DNA of 64,000 nucleotides from an uncultured Agathobacter sp. (GTDB lineage: Bacteria > Bacillota > Clostridia > Lachnospirales > Lachnospiraceae): assembly GCA_934359755.1 (NCBI GenBank), contig CAKRLV010000009.1:35139-99138 (forward strand), read 5' to 3'. Positions 1 through 10,344 of this stretch are shown one piece after another. The notes under the pieces were generated by a model. That model was given only the letters and a program-made list of their open reading frames with translations. It was not told where the DNA came from and did no database searches. Numbering within the stretch: the stretch's first letter is position 1; each line of letters opens with the position of its first letter. A program made the position numbers and the translations under genes.

Positions 1-38
1 TATTACCACATCAGGTCTAAAAATTCTATTTGGAAATA

Positions 39-2105
39 CTATTTAGAAATTCTTACTTTCTTTATTGCACTCCATCCACTGTAATTCTTGCCATTAAAGC
101 ATCTTACGTGTACATAGTAAGTTTTTCCTTTTCTAAGGCCTTTGATTACTTTCTTGACCTTGTTAGCTCCGCCAACTTTTACTGTCTTAACTGTACCCTT
201 GAAGTTTTTCTTAAGCGAGTACTGGATCTGATATCCTCGTGCTTTTGGATTCTTCTTATAACTTACTGTCAAAGTTCTCTTAGCAGAATTAGATGCCTTT
301 GAAAGTGCAGGAGTTGTAAGTCTTACAATTGACTTGCTTCCTGACTTCTTACCTGATACTACAACTCTGTAATAGAATTTCTTTCCATTTTTATTTTTAA
401 CAGAGGTATCTGTATAGCTTGTCTTTGATACTTTCTTGATAGTCTTCCAGTTCTTTTTATTTGTGCTTCTTTGAACTTTATATTTCTTTGCACCAGCTAC
501 CTTATTCCATGTAATCTTGATTCCTTTTGAGCCATTCTCTACCGACTCGAGGCTCGTTGCATGAGGAGTGGTACTGTTGTTAGTGATAGCTTTTATACAG
601 AAATCTCCACCATCTGGAAAATAATTACTGCAAATCCAGGTGCCAGCATAGTTAAAGAAACTGTTTCCTGACGCTGTAGCTTCTGACTTATACCCAAAGC
701 CATATCGTGCTGGCATATCAAAATCAGCTTCGATATCAAGCTGTCCATTATCCTGCGTAAGAACGATAGAGTATTTCTCTCCAGGATTTACCTCAATTGG
801 ATTATCAAGCTTAACTGTATATATACCAGCATATGTTGTGGTTCCCTTCTTAGTAGCTACTAACTTACCACTTGTAGGGTTGTCCTTGTGCTTGACGTTC
901 TTGTATACCTCAATCTTATAGCTTACATCTGTTGAGTTAGTAACCGAAATCTGTACTGCCTCAATCTGCTCTCCGTATTCAGAATTCTTAGTAGTAAATA
1001 CATTGGCAGCTTTTCTGACTTGTACTGGTGCTCCACCTACCATGAATGCACCATCATACTGATACAGATTCTGGTAAGTTCCCGCTGGAACAAAATCAAA
1101 AATATATGCTGCATCTGCAATTCCTGCATCCTGATATGACATCCAGAAATAGCTTGACATAGAATTTCCTGTAGTAGTAGTCCAGCTGTTTCTTACAAGC
1201 CATGCTCCATTTCTTGAAGGTGATGAAACAAATGCTGAAGCTGGGAAATTGTCATCCCATCCTACAACTGTTACTGCATGATTTGCTTCCATTCCTCCAA
1301 TTCCATCATAGTAATATGTAGAAACTGTCTGTCCATTATACTCTGCATCTTTGTAATAATATTCATCCGCATAGTACGAAATAGCAACTGCACCATGGTC
1401 TACGATTCCCTGCTTTACAGCAAGCATCTGCGAATGGATATTAACCATCTGCGCATTTGTAAGAGTAGCTGCATTGTGTCCATATGCAAGTCCCGGGTCT
1501 ACTCCACCATATACTGTGCTTGGAGCTGCTGCATAAGGAAAGTCTGCCTCATTAACTACCCCCATCCATCCTGCTAATACTCTCATCGCATAGTACTGGT
1601 TACCGCCCTGCTCAAGGTACGAAGCTACATTAGGCTGACATACCATAGAGTTCGAATCTCCAGCTGTTCCACCAAGTGGATCTGTCACTGTATGATATGT
1701 AAAATATGCAAGATGAAGAGGACTGTAATATACGTCCTTTGCTGCATATCCTTTAGTTACCATATCAAACTCAGCAAGTGATACTGTCGAAAATGCCCAA
1801 CATGTGCCATATGGCTCCTGATTTCTTGTATCCGGATAATAATTAACAAGCTCATCTACTGTTCTATATGCAGGTGCATAAGCGTTCTTAAGCATGCCAT
1901 TGTTCGCCCTGGATACTGGAGTGTTATAGTCATATCCGATTGACATATAATCTCCCGCTTTGTCCTGATGCATTGTAGTATCAACTGAAATTTTATTAGG
2001 AATTCCATCTATTTCCTGCGCGCTGACTGTCGCCGCATTGACTGGCAATGCTGTAATAGCAAGTGCCATTGCAAGTCCTAATGCTGCAATTTTCTTTTTA
2101 AACAT
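39..2105 (-). CDS. Secreted papain-like cysteine peptidase (C1 family) with C-terminal Fn3/Ig-like repeats
   Basis: N-terminal signal peptide (MFKKKIAALGLAMALAITALPVNA). Catalytic Cys motif GTCWAFS, His motif HAVTVVGWDD and Asn motif NSWTT are present. The C-terminus has two lysine-rich Fn3-like repeats. Confidence 0.75.
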   Translation of the reverse strand: MFKKKIAALGLAMALAITALPVNAATVSAQEIDGIPNKISVDTTMHQDKAGDYMSIGYDYNTPVSRANNGMLKNAYAPAYRTVDELVNYYPDTRNQEPYGTCWAFSTVSLAEFDMVTKGYAAKDVYYSPLHLAYFTYHTVTDPLGGTAGDSNSMVCQPNVASYLEQGGNQYYAMRVLAGWMGVVNEADFPYAAAPSTVYGGVDPGLAYGHNAATLTNAQMVNIHSQMLAVKQGIVDHGAVAISYYADEYYYKDAEYNGQTVSTYYYDGIGGMEANHAVTVVGWDDNFPASAFVSSPSRNGAWLVRNSWTTTTGNSMSSYFWMSYQDAGIADAAYIFDFVPAGTYQNLYQYDGAFMVGGAPVQVRKAANVFTTKNSEYGEQIEAVQISVTNSTDVSYKIEVYKNVKHKDNPTSGKLVATKKGTTTYAGIYTVKLDNPIEVNPGEKYSIVLTQDNGQLDIEADFDMPARYGFGYKSEATASGNSFFNYAGTWICSNYFPDGGDFCIKAITNNSTTPHATSLESVENGSKGIKITWNKVAGAKKYKVQRSTNKKNWKTIKKVSKTSYTDTSVKNKNGKKFYYRVVVSGKKSGSKSIVRLTTPALSKASNSAKRTLTVSYKKNPKARGYQIQYSLKKNFKGTVKTVKVGGANKVKKVIKGLRKGKTYYVHVRCFNGKNYSGWSAIKKVRISK

Positions 2106-2225
2106 TTACATATCTCCTTCCAAAACTTATAACGAAAAATAACAAATAGATTATACCATTTTAACAGCTGTTTTCAATAGAAAATCTTTCCTATCCCCAT
2201 CAAACTACAGTCATAAATATATAAT

Positions 2226-5048
2226 CTACAGATTTCTATCCTGCTTCTTTTTCAAAAGTGCCTGGGTATCTATCACCTGTGGAGCACTATCCTTTTTAGC
2301 TGCTTTTGATGCTTTTACCCGTTTTGCAGATTTTTCTGGTGTTGCATTATTTACTGTTTTTGCGGCATTTACTGTTTTTGCAGTATTTACTGTTTTTGCG
2401 GTATTTCTATTTGACTCATTCTTATCTGCAATAGTCTTCTGTTCTGCTGTCTTTGCACGATTCTTTTGGCTGACACATTTTCTTACTACACTTTCAAATG
2501 CATATATCCAGTCCACATGCATACGCCTGAATACAACATCAATCACAAACATAAAAACAGCTATGATAAGAAATATCATCGTAAGGTCATGTCTGGATAC
2601 TGCGCCTTTTAACTTTGTGTTAAAAACTTCATCTGGTTTATCTATATATTTACCTGATACCTGATTGACAAAGTTGCCAATATTGCTCTCCATATCAGCG
2701 TATCTGTATTCCTGTGAATATTGCATTGCTGTTGCTGTATTTAAGCTTTTTTCTATCGTATTTCCTGTCTGCCTGCGCACATTTATACTATAGACACCAG
2801 TCTCTTCAAGTGGTACATCAGCCTGATATTTTCCAGGCGCAACAGCTGTAAGCTTTACCTGTGTCTGATTGCCGTCCTCATCAGTAACAACCGCCTCTAC
2901 TTTCGTATCCGCCGTATACTCGTCCGTATCATAAGTAATTACCGCAGAAGATGCCTCCTGTTTTACCTCTAAAGTATCATCTCCCAGTGCATCATCATAT
3001 ATAGTCCAGTCTATTATATTGCGCCACAGGTTGGCGTAGTTCTGCCACCCTGCGAAATTTGCAGTCCACTGATTAGTTCCATCACTCGTCCATGCAGCTG
3101 TATGCCCAAGTCCATACTGCCAGCATGCCAGAATGGGATCTCCTTTATCTGATTCAAGCAGTACTTTCGCAGTCTGCTTTGGCGTTGTGGCAATATATCC
3201 AAGCAGGCTTGGTGAGCCATCATCGAAGACTCCTTTTAAAATATCGTGTGTACTTACGATAGCTGGTACAAATTCCTCATTTATAAGATATTCCTGGGTT
3301 GACAGATAAACTTCCTGTGCAAAAATTCTTGGAAGTGCAGTTCCCGCATCTGAATAGTAATATCTTCCGTTACATTGTTCTGCCAGTTCTTTTAGCATCT
3401 GTGAATCTGCATCCTGTCCTACAGCAACTGTAGAAAGTGTTATATTATCTTTTTCTATCTGGTCTACCAGTTCAGAATACTCTCGATATCCGTCCTGTCC
3501 ATCCGTGAGCAGAACTATATGTTTTATGGCTGCATCCGATTTTGCAAGAGTCTCCTCTGCATGTGCAATCGCTGGATATATACTTGTTCCACCACCGCTT
3601 CTTATGTCTGCTATATTCTGCTCAATCGAATCAATATCTGCTGCACTTTGTAATTTGACTGCCCATGAATACCTATCGTCAAATGCAAGTACACCAACCT
3701 CATCAATCTCCCTTAAAGAAGATAGCGAGTTAATTGCTGCCTGCTTTGCCACATCAAGACATGTAATTCCGCCGCCCACTGTCGAACCAGCTTCCATACT
3801 TCCTGAATGGTCAATTACCATCATCATTGCAATCTTCGGAATCTGCTTGTCACCTTCAAGTTCCATACTCACCGGAAGTACTTCCTCAAGCGGTGAGTTC
3901 TTATAATTTCCAAGTGCGTAACTGTTTGTTCCGCCAATCACTGCAAGTCCACCCGCATAATCCTTCACATAGGTCTCAAGTGTATCCATGAACCCTTCAC
4001 GCAGATCATCCGCATACACATCAAGCATGACTACAGACTGATACCTGAGCATATCAGAAATTGTCCCTGGAACTCCTGATGGCGAAACAACCTCGTAATC
4101 ATAGTTGCACGACTTAAGAATTTCCTGAAATAAAAGACTCTCATCCTTCATTCCTTCCACAAGTAGTATTTTTGCTGGTGCGCATACCTTTGTAAACGCG
4201 CTATAAGTGTTATTGACAGATACAGTGTCCTTGTCGCTTTCTACCACAACTCTATAACTTTTTATGCCGCTTTCCACTCCCTGGTCTGAGAAGACAAGTT
4301 TATTGTTCCCTTTCTGGAGTTTGACATCTTTTTTCCCTTTTAATGTTCTTCCTGAATAAAGGGAAACGCTCGCATTAGTCGCATCTGTTGCATATATATC
4401 AACGTTCACGTCGAATTTATCTCCCTCAGATATAGACTCTGGAAGATCCACGCTGCTGACATATACCTCATCTGACACACTGCTGTCAAAGCTTTTTATT
4501 TTAAGCTCTATCTGCGCTCCGGCCACTGATGATGCAATATCGGCTGCACTGCCCTCATTCTCCGCTCCATCTGTAAGCAGAACCAATCTCCTTGCACTGC
4601 CATCTGGAAAAAGTGCCATTGCCGTAGTAATCGCCTGTTCTATATTAGTAGCTGTACCAACCACTTTTGACTGCACCTCGGTAAAAGCCTTTTTATCGGA
4701 TACAAATTGTTCTATCTTCGCCTGCGCACCAAACACTACGATTCCTGCATTATTCTTGTCCGGCATCTTAGAAATAGCATCCTGTACATACTCTACTTCC
4801 GCCTGCCAGTTCGTCTTCATGCTATCGGACATATCTACAAGAAAAACTGTTGTTGTGACATCACTTTTTCTATGGATACTCGGTCCTGAAAGTGCCATTA
4901 CTGCCAGAATTATCACAATACTTCTTATTATGATTTCTCCTATGATTCTGCTATTTTTCTGACGATGAAAAAGTCGAATCGCTGTAATAAGTATTATCAT
5001 TATGGGTATTAGAACCAGTACCCACGGCTTTGCAAATTCCAGTGTCAT
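2226..5048 (-). CDS. Large membrane-anchored protein with two von Willebrand factor A (vWA) domains (BatB-like) and a basic repetitive C-terminal tail
   Basis: N-terminal TM segment, then MIDAS-type motifs VFLVDMSDSM and MMMVIDHSGSM. Start set at the internal MTLEF (5048), which is preceded by AAGGAG, rather than the ORF-track start at 5090. The C-terminal tail contains TAKTVN repeats. Confidence 0.7.
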   Translation of the reverse strand: MTLEFAKPWVLVLIPIMIILITAIRLFHRQKNSRIIGEIIIRSIVIILAVMALSGPSIHRKSDVTTTVFLVDMSDSMKTNWQAEVEYVQDAISKMPDKNNAGIVVFGAQAKIEQFVSDKKAFTEVQSKVVGTATNIEQAITTAMALFPDGSARRLVLLTDGAENEGSAADIASSVAGAQIELKIKSFDSSVSDEVYVSSVDLPESISEGDKFDVNVDIYATDATNASVSLYSGRTLKGKKDVKLQKGNNKLVFSDQGVESGIKSYRVVVESDKDTVSVNNTYSAFTKVCAPAKILLVEGMKDESLLFQEILKSCNYDYEVVSPSGVPGTISDMLRYQSVVMLDVYADDLREGFMDTLETYVKDYAGGLAVIGGTNSYALGNYKNSPLEEVLPVSMELEGDKQIPKIAMMMVIDHSGSMEAGSTVGGGITCLDVAKQAAINSLSSLREIDEVGVLAFDDRYSWAVKLQSAADIDSIEQNIADIRSGGGTSIYPAIAHAEETLAKSDAAIKHIVLLTDGQDGYREYSELVDQIEKDNITLSTVAVGQDADSQMLKELAEQCNGRYYYSDAGTALPRIFAQEVYLSTQEYLINEEFVPAIVSTHDILKGVFDDGSPSLLGYIATTPKQTAKVLLESDKGDPILACWQYGLGHTAAWTSDGTNQWTANFAGWQNYANLWRNIIDWTIYDDALGDDTLEVKQEASSAVITYDTDEYTADTKVEAVVTDEDGNQTQVKLTAVAPGKYQADVPLEETGVYSINVRRQTGNTIEKSLNTATAMQYSQEYRYADMESNIGNFVNQVSGKYIDKPDEVFNTKLKGAVSRHDLTMIFLIIAVFMFVIDVVFRRMHVDWIYAFESVVRKCVSQKNRAKTAEQKTIADKNESNRNTAKTVNTAKTVNAAKTVNNATPEKSAKRVKASKAAKKDSAPQVIDTQALLKKKQDRNL

Positions 5049-5062
5049 GTTACACTCCTTTA

Positions 5063-6913
5063 TTAAGTCAATCTTACATACACAATCCACTCTAATATCA
5101 TAAGAATCAGTAACAGCACAAGCAGATACCGGCTTAAGTCATGCGTACCAGCTTTGATATCAGCCTCTTTGATATTATCATTCGATAAAATAGTACTCTT
5201 TACCGACTCTACAGAAGACTCCTCCCTGGTAGGGAAAAGCACTGCAAACTGTTCCTGCAACGTCTCCTTATCTACCTCCTGGGACACATTGTATAAACCA
5301 GGATTGTCCACCTGAATATATGTGCCAGCTGCCTGTGATGCAGATATATTTTTACGACTGCCATCAGGCTGTATAATCGAAATTGCAGAACCCTTTGTGC
5401 TTCCATGAAGAACCACATTATCTCCTGATGTGTATGTTACATCTTCAAGCAGACTTCCATCCAGCATATAATCAGCCATATCTGATATAAGTATCGGGAA
5501 CTCTGCCTGTAATCCAAAATCCGTCTGGTGAATATCGAATCCTATAGTAGCAATTTTGCGTCCATCATATATACCATAAAATCCTGCTGATAACGAATCC
5601 TTTTCCTTGCCAGCTGCGCGTATATATGACTTTGCCCAATGCGGTGTATGATAGACATATGATTTATTTACCCCTATCCGCACTCCTGAGACATAGGTGG
5701 TAATATCACAGTCCTCTAATATAAGCTTAGTGTTCTCTACAGACTTTTTATTTTTGAAAAACTCACTCTTCTTACAGTTTATAAAAAGAAGACTTCCTTT
5801 CTTTGGAATATTATCAGGAATTTTCCCATCGAAAATGTACATATCATAATCTGTATCCTCATCAAATACAGCCTCATCTGATGTCTTATAAACCGTGACT
5901 CCTGCGATATTATCCATCGCTTTTTCAATGAACATATTAGAATCTGTATAAAGTAAAACCTTCTTTTCTTTCTGTTCATTCTCTACGCACCACGAAGAAT
6001 TGTCCGCCACAAGCGAGTCTTTGTCATTGATTTCAGCCCGAAAACCTGTGTATCTGCCTACATCTTTTGACTTGAACTCAAAATAAACAGAGTCTGTTTC
6101 CTCTGCTGAAATATCCACAGACTTTATGTCAAGAAGACTCTCTTTTCCACTTTTGTCTGTTCCATATAAGTTAATTTCTCTCTTTAAATTTGAATTTGAG
6201 TAATTCGTAAGCTGCGCAAGTACCTGAGTATCTTCCCCTTTTGCCGCATAGCTTACAGACTCCATAGCCACATTTATATTTTCATTGTAGAAAGAATCAA
6301 TAGATGCGCTTATATTTCCTGCATCGAATACGCTGTCAGTCATAAATACTACATCTGCATTCTTCGCCTGCTGTATGCAGGATTCCACAAGTCCAAGCGA
6401 TACCGACAAATCACCTGCAAGATAAGTCTGTTCTATGCTCTTTATTTTGTTTTTTGCTTCAAGCTTATCATTGCAATTTGCAATCTCAAGCACTGCCTGC
6501 TTATTTCCACTTATTACATAGACGCTTGTCTCTGTTGACGCATCATCAACATATGCACATGCCGATTCCTTTGCGGCATCAAGTCTTGTCCTGTTATCAT
6601 CATATAAAGTCGCCATGCTGGCACTATTATCAATAACAAGTATCAGCTGACCACCTGTAGTTCCAAAACCCTTTATCCACGGATGCATCATCGTCACTAC
6701 AAACAGTAACACGGTAAGAATCTGTAGAAATAAAAGTATATTTTTCTTAAGCTTTTCCCATGGTTTTGTTGCCTCCATATTGCGGACAACTTCCTTCCAC
6801 AGCATCGAAGATGAAAATTCCTTCGGTTTCGTCTCCTGCTTAAGAATGTATAATAAAATTATTATTGGCACCAGCACAAGTAATGCCAGCGGCCATAACG
6901 AAAGAAAGCCCAC
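5063..6913 (-). CDS. vWA domain membrane protein (BatA-like)
   Basis: N-terminal TM helices followed by MIDAS motif LILVIDNSASM. Lies directly downstream of the DUF58 gene. Confidence 0.7.
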   Translation of the reverse strand: MGFLSLWPLALLVLVPIIILLYILKQETKPKEFSSSMLWKEVVRNMEATKPWEKLKKNILLFLQILTVLLFVVTMMHPWIKGFGTTGGQLILVIDNSASMATLYDDNRTRLDAAKESACAYVDDASTETSVYVISGNKQAVLEIANCNDKLEAKNKIKSIEQTYLAGDLSVSLGLVESCIQQAKNADVVFMTDSVFDAGNISASIDSFYNENINVAMESVSYAAKGEDTQVLAQLTNYSNSNLKREINLYGTDKSGKESLLDIKSVDISAEETDSVYFEFKSKDVGRYTGFRAEINDKDSLVADNSSWCVENEQKEKKVLLYTDSNMFIEKAMDNIAGVTVYKTSDEAVFDEDTDYDMYIFDGKIPDNIPKKGSLLFINCKKSEFFKNKKSVENTKLILEDCDITTYVSGVRIGVNKSYVYHTPHWAKSYIRAAGKEKDSLSAGFYGIYDGRKIATIGFDIHQTDFGLQAEFPILISDMADYMLDGSLLEDVTYTSGDNVVLHGSTKGSAISIIQPDGSRKNISASQAAGTYIQVDNPGLYNVSQEVDKETLQEQFAVLFPTREESSVESVKSTILSNDNIKEADIKAGTHDLSRYLLVLLLILMILEWIVYVRLT

Positions 6914-7786
6914 TTATCCAAAAATCCCTTTCTGTTTCATTGTCTCAAATACTACTTTTTCAATGTCTTCATCGGATGTAATCTGCATATATGCGCATCC
7001 GTATTTCTTCGCCAGCCGCTGTATTTTCTGGTTATGCGATTCAAGTGTCTTCTGATAATTTTTAATAGTCTGGCGGCTCATTGTAACCCTGACCTCGTCT
7101 GAAGTCTCCATATCCTTTATAGCAAAGGTTCCCTCTTCATCGAACTCTATTTCTTCATGCGCAAGCACCTGCAAGAGCATAACTTCCTGCCTTTTAAAGA
7201 TCAAAAATTTTATTGCCTCATCGATACCCTCTGGATCAAGGAAATCCGAAATGATTATTGTGACGCCTCGTCCATTTATCTTCGCCCTGCTTATTGCTTC
7301 ATTTATCCCTGTTGTCCCGCCAAAGCTGACTTTTTCAAGTTCATCCAGCATTCTTGCAAAACTGCTTCTTCCAGTTATCGGACTTGTCCTATCCAGCCTG
7401 CCGTCGCTAAGTGTAAATATCTCCACACGGTCCAGCTGTTTTTGTACCAGCCAGACAAAGACTGCTGCAAGCTTAAGTGCCATATCAGATTTCTTCTTTT
7501 CTCCAAAATTCATCGACGCACTGCTATCTACAAAAATATGATAAAATGCCTCTTTTTCTTCCATGAACTGCTTAATGAACAGCTTATCAAGTCTGCCATA
7601 TACATTCCAATCGATGCGTCTTATATCATCACCTGGAATATATTCCCTGAAATCAGAAAATTCTACCGATGAACCTTTTGCCGATGATTTTCTTGCTCCG
7701 CTCATACCTTTATCTATGCGTATGTTCATTGCAAGCTTTAGTCTGTTAAGTTTTTGAAAAAATTCTTTGTCAAATAATTCACTCAT
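6914..7786 (-). CDS. DUF58 domain protein (MoxR-associated)
   Basis: Motif REYIPGDDIRRIDWNVYGRLDKLFIKQF is typical of DUF58. Position between the MoxR ATPase and the vWA genes also fits. Confidence 0.7.
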   Translation of the reverse strand: MSELFDKEFFQKLNRLKLAMNIRIDKGMSGARKSSAKGSSVEFSDFREYIPGDDIRRIDWNVYGRLDKLFIKQFMEEKEAFYHIFVDSSASMNFGEKKKSDMALKLAAVFVWLVQKQLDRVEIFTLSDGRLDRTSPITGRSSFARMLDELEKVSFGGTTGINEAISRAKINGRGVTIIISDFLDPEGIDEAIKFLIFKRQEVMLLQVLAHEEIEFDEEGTFAIKDMETSDEVRVTMSRQTIKNYQKTLESHNQKIQRLAKKYGCAYMQITSDEDIEKVVFETMKQKGIFG

Positions 7787-7797
7787 ATTTTTATCCG

Positions 7798-8778
7798 TTA
7801 TTTACATGCTTCGAGAATCTGTTGAATTATCATATCTGCACTCATGTTGTCTGCAATCGCCTCAAAATTCGTGATAAGTCGGTGGCGAAGTGCCGGGAAT
7901 GCCACATATTCTATATCTTCATATGAGACATTGTATCTTCCCTCTATCATGGCTCTTGCTCTGGCGGTCTTTATTATTGCCTGTGCAGCTCTTGGGCTTG
8001 CTCCTGCTGCCACATATTTCTTTACCACATCTGGTGCACCATCTACCTCTGGATGTGTTGCAACAACGATTGAAAGTGCATAATCCATTACAGCATCAGC
8101 AATAGGAATCTCCCTTACCACTTTTCTCATCTCAAGTATATCTTCACCCGACATCATCTCATAAAGCTGCGGACGCTCGTTTCCAACTGTTATATTCAAA
8201 ATATCTCTAAGCTCATCCTTTGATGGAAAATCCACCATAAGCTTAAATAAAAATCTGTCCAGCTGTGCTTCTGGAAGAGGATATGTTCCCTCATTCTCAA
8301 TAGGATTCTGGGTTGCAAGAACGAGAAATGGTGTTGGAAGCTCATAAGTAGTGCGTCCTGCTGTTACTGTCTTTTCCTGCATTGCTTCAAGTAATGCCGC
8401 CTGTGTCTTTGGTGTTGCTCTGTTTATCTCATCCGCAAGTACAAGCTGCGCAAATACAGGGCCTGGCTCAAACTGAAATACATTCTTATCTCCCTCTTTA
8501 AGTATGAGATTTGTACCTGTAACATCAGCTGGCATAAGGTCCGGTGTGAACTGTATTCTCGAAAAGCTCATATCAAACACCTTTGATATTGCTTTAACAA
8601 GCTCAGTCTTTCCAAGACCTGGAACACCCTCAAGAAGAACATTTCCATCAGCAAGTATTGCAAGAATTGTCTGTCTTATTATATCTTTCTGACCTATTAT
8701 TCCTTTTCCTATCTCCTGCTCACAGACTCGTATCTTGTCTACCATTTCTTTAATCTGCTGCTCATTTATTTCACACAT
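7798..8778 (-). CDS. MoxR-family AAA+ ATPase
   Basis: Walker A GVPGLGKTELVKA and MoxR-like sequence throughout. Start set at MCEIN (8778), which is preceded by GGAGG. Confidence 0.85.
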   Translation of the reverse strand: MCEINEQQIKEMVDKIRVCEQEIGKGIIGQKDIIRQTILAILADGNVLLEGVPGLGKTELVKAISKVFDMSFSRIQFTPDLMPADVTGTNLILKEGDKNVFQFEPGPVFAQLVLADEINRATPKTQAALLEAMQEKTVTAGRTTYELPTPFLVLATQNPIENEGTYPLPEAQLDRFLFKLMVDFPSKDELRDILNITVGNERPQLYEMMSGEDILEMRKVVREIPIADAVMDYALSIVVATHPEVDGAPDVVKKYVAAGASPRAAQAIIKTARARAMIEGRYNVSYEDIEYVAFPALRHRLITNFEAIADNMSADMIIQQILEACK

Positions 8779-8791
8779 ATATGTCCTCCAA

Positions 8792-10327
8792 TTAATTTGA
8801 AATCTTCTCAAAATATGATTTTATTATATCCTGTACTCCTGATGGATAAGTTCCATTTTCAATAGATGAAAGTGCTTTCTGCTTATACTGGGCAAATACC
8901 GAACTGTACTCGACCTGTCTTCCTGTCCATGATATCGATGGTCCACCATGCGACAGATATGTTTCCCCCTGTGAATTCTGCCCTGTCAGGTTCTCATCAT
9001 CTCCTGTTTCATTTGGTATAGACACCATATCTCCGCCAAATATATCATCTGATTCTTTTCCTTCTTTACTTCCATAATTCCAGCCACCACCGTGACCTGA
9101 ACCATTGCCGCTTCCGTTTCCAGTACCACTTCCCGATCCGTTTCCTGAACCGTTGCCGTTGCCATTTCCGTTGCCGCTGCCATTTCCGTTGCCATTTCCG
9201 TTGCTGTTGCCATTATTTGAGTTGTTGCCATTATTTGAGCTGTTGTTAGAATTGTTATCGCCCGGATTACTTGCAAGCATCTGCGATGCTTTAAGTCCAC
9301 TGACTGTTGCCTTTGCACTTGCAAGTGCCTGATTATTCGACTGCCCTGATGTAATCTGGCTTGCAAGTTCACTGAGACTTTGCAGTTCTTCATCTGACAT
9401 TTTCGACGCTGCAATATCCTTTAAATTTTCAAGCTGTTCAAGCAGTTCTTTCTTCTCTTCATCTGACAGTTCAGAAAGATCATTCACATCTGACAGCATA
9501 TCATCTAGTTTTTGTACTTCTGCAAGCACCTCATTGTCCTGTCCATTGTCTGTGCCATTCTTTCTATCCGCATCAATACTCTTAGCAAGTTCACTCATTG
9601 CTTCCTTCGCTTTCTCGCTCTTAGTCTTTTCAGCCATCTGCTCTAGCTTTGTCTTGGCACGCTCCAATGATTTATCAATCTCTTCTTGTGTAGAAGCCTC
9701 CTTTAGTTCACTTATTATATCCTTGAGAGTTTCTTCATACTCTGCCTTTTCCTGAGCACTTATCTCATCCTTTAACTCATCCTGAACCTTCTCGACTTTT
9801 GCTGCTTCCTCTTTTGCCACGCTTGCGACTTCATACTTTTGCGCAGCTATATCTTTTGCATTTGACGGAAGCATTGCAAATACAATCATGATAAATCCAC
9901 ATGATAAAACTACCAGAGATTGTTTCCACTTAAATTCAAGCGGTATCATTTTGTAAATCTTATCGCCTAACATTGCCCTGTAAGCATCCCTTTTCTGGAT
10001 TGTAGCAAACATGCTGTCCTGTCCAAGAAGTTCAATTGCGGTCTGTGCCCTTTCTTCCAGTCCACTTTTATCGAGTTCTTTTGCCGCATCTTTTTCAGAA
10101 GGGAATCTGATAACCGCATATAAAAGGACCGCAAGAAATGACAGAATGATAATTCCCATTGAAAAATAATGCACCAGGTACCACGGTGTAAAATATGCAA
10201 TTATCTCAAATATCATTGCAACACCAACACCACACATCAGACAATATATACTGCCAGATAATATATTTTTCAGAAATACCCATATTCTTGCTTTAGTAAT
10301 TAATTTCTTAATTCTTTTATCCATCAA
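8792..10327 (-). CDS. Membrane protein with long E/K-rich coiled coil and Asn/Gly-rich low-complexity tract (hypothetical)
   Basis: Two to three N-terminal TM helices, about 200 aa of E/K/L heptad-like sequence, then NSSNNGNNSNNGNSNGNGNGNG...GSGHGGG. The gene is translationally coupled within the MoxR operon. Confidence 0.55.
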   Translation of the reverse strand: MMDKRIKKLITKARIWVFLKNILSGSIYCLMCGVGVAMIFEIIAYFTPWYLVHYFSMGIIILSFLAVLLYAVIRFPSEKDAAKELDKSGLEERAQTAIELLGQDSMFATIQKRDAYRAMLGDKIYKMIPLEFKWKQSLVVLSCGFIMIVFAMLPSNAKDIAAQKYEVASVAKEEAAKVEKVQDELKDEISAQEKAEYEETLKDIISELKEASTQEEIDKSLERAKTKLEQMAEKTKSEKAKEAMSELAKSIDADRKNGTDNGQDNEVLAEVQKLDDMLSDVNDLSELSDEEKKELLEQLENLKDIAASKMSDEELQSLSELASQITSGQSNNQALASAKATVSGLKASQMLASNPGDNNSNNSSNNGNNSNNGNSNGNGNGNGSGNGNGNGNGSGNGSGSGTGNGSGNGSGHGGGWNYGSKEGKESDDIFGGDMVSIPNETGDDENLTGQNSQGETYLSHGGPSISWTGRQVEYSSVFAQYKQKALSSIENGTYPSGVQDIIKSYFEKISN

Positions 10328-10344
10328 TATATCCTCACTGATGA

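Noticed and set aside
7157-7672. 171-aa plus-strand ORF (and many other 60-130-aa plus-strand ORFs throughout the window, e.g. 3505-3906, 18479-18973, 30443-31159, 50351-51028)
   Set aside because: These are antisense to well-supported minus-strand genes, low complexity, and lack an RBS. They are spurious frames in AT-rich DNA.
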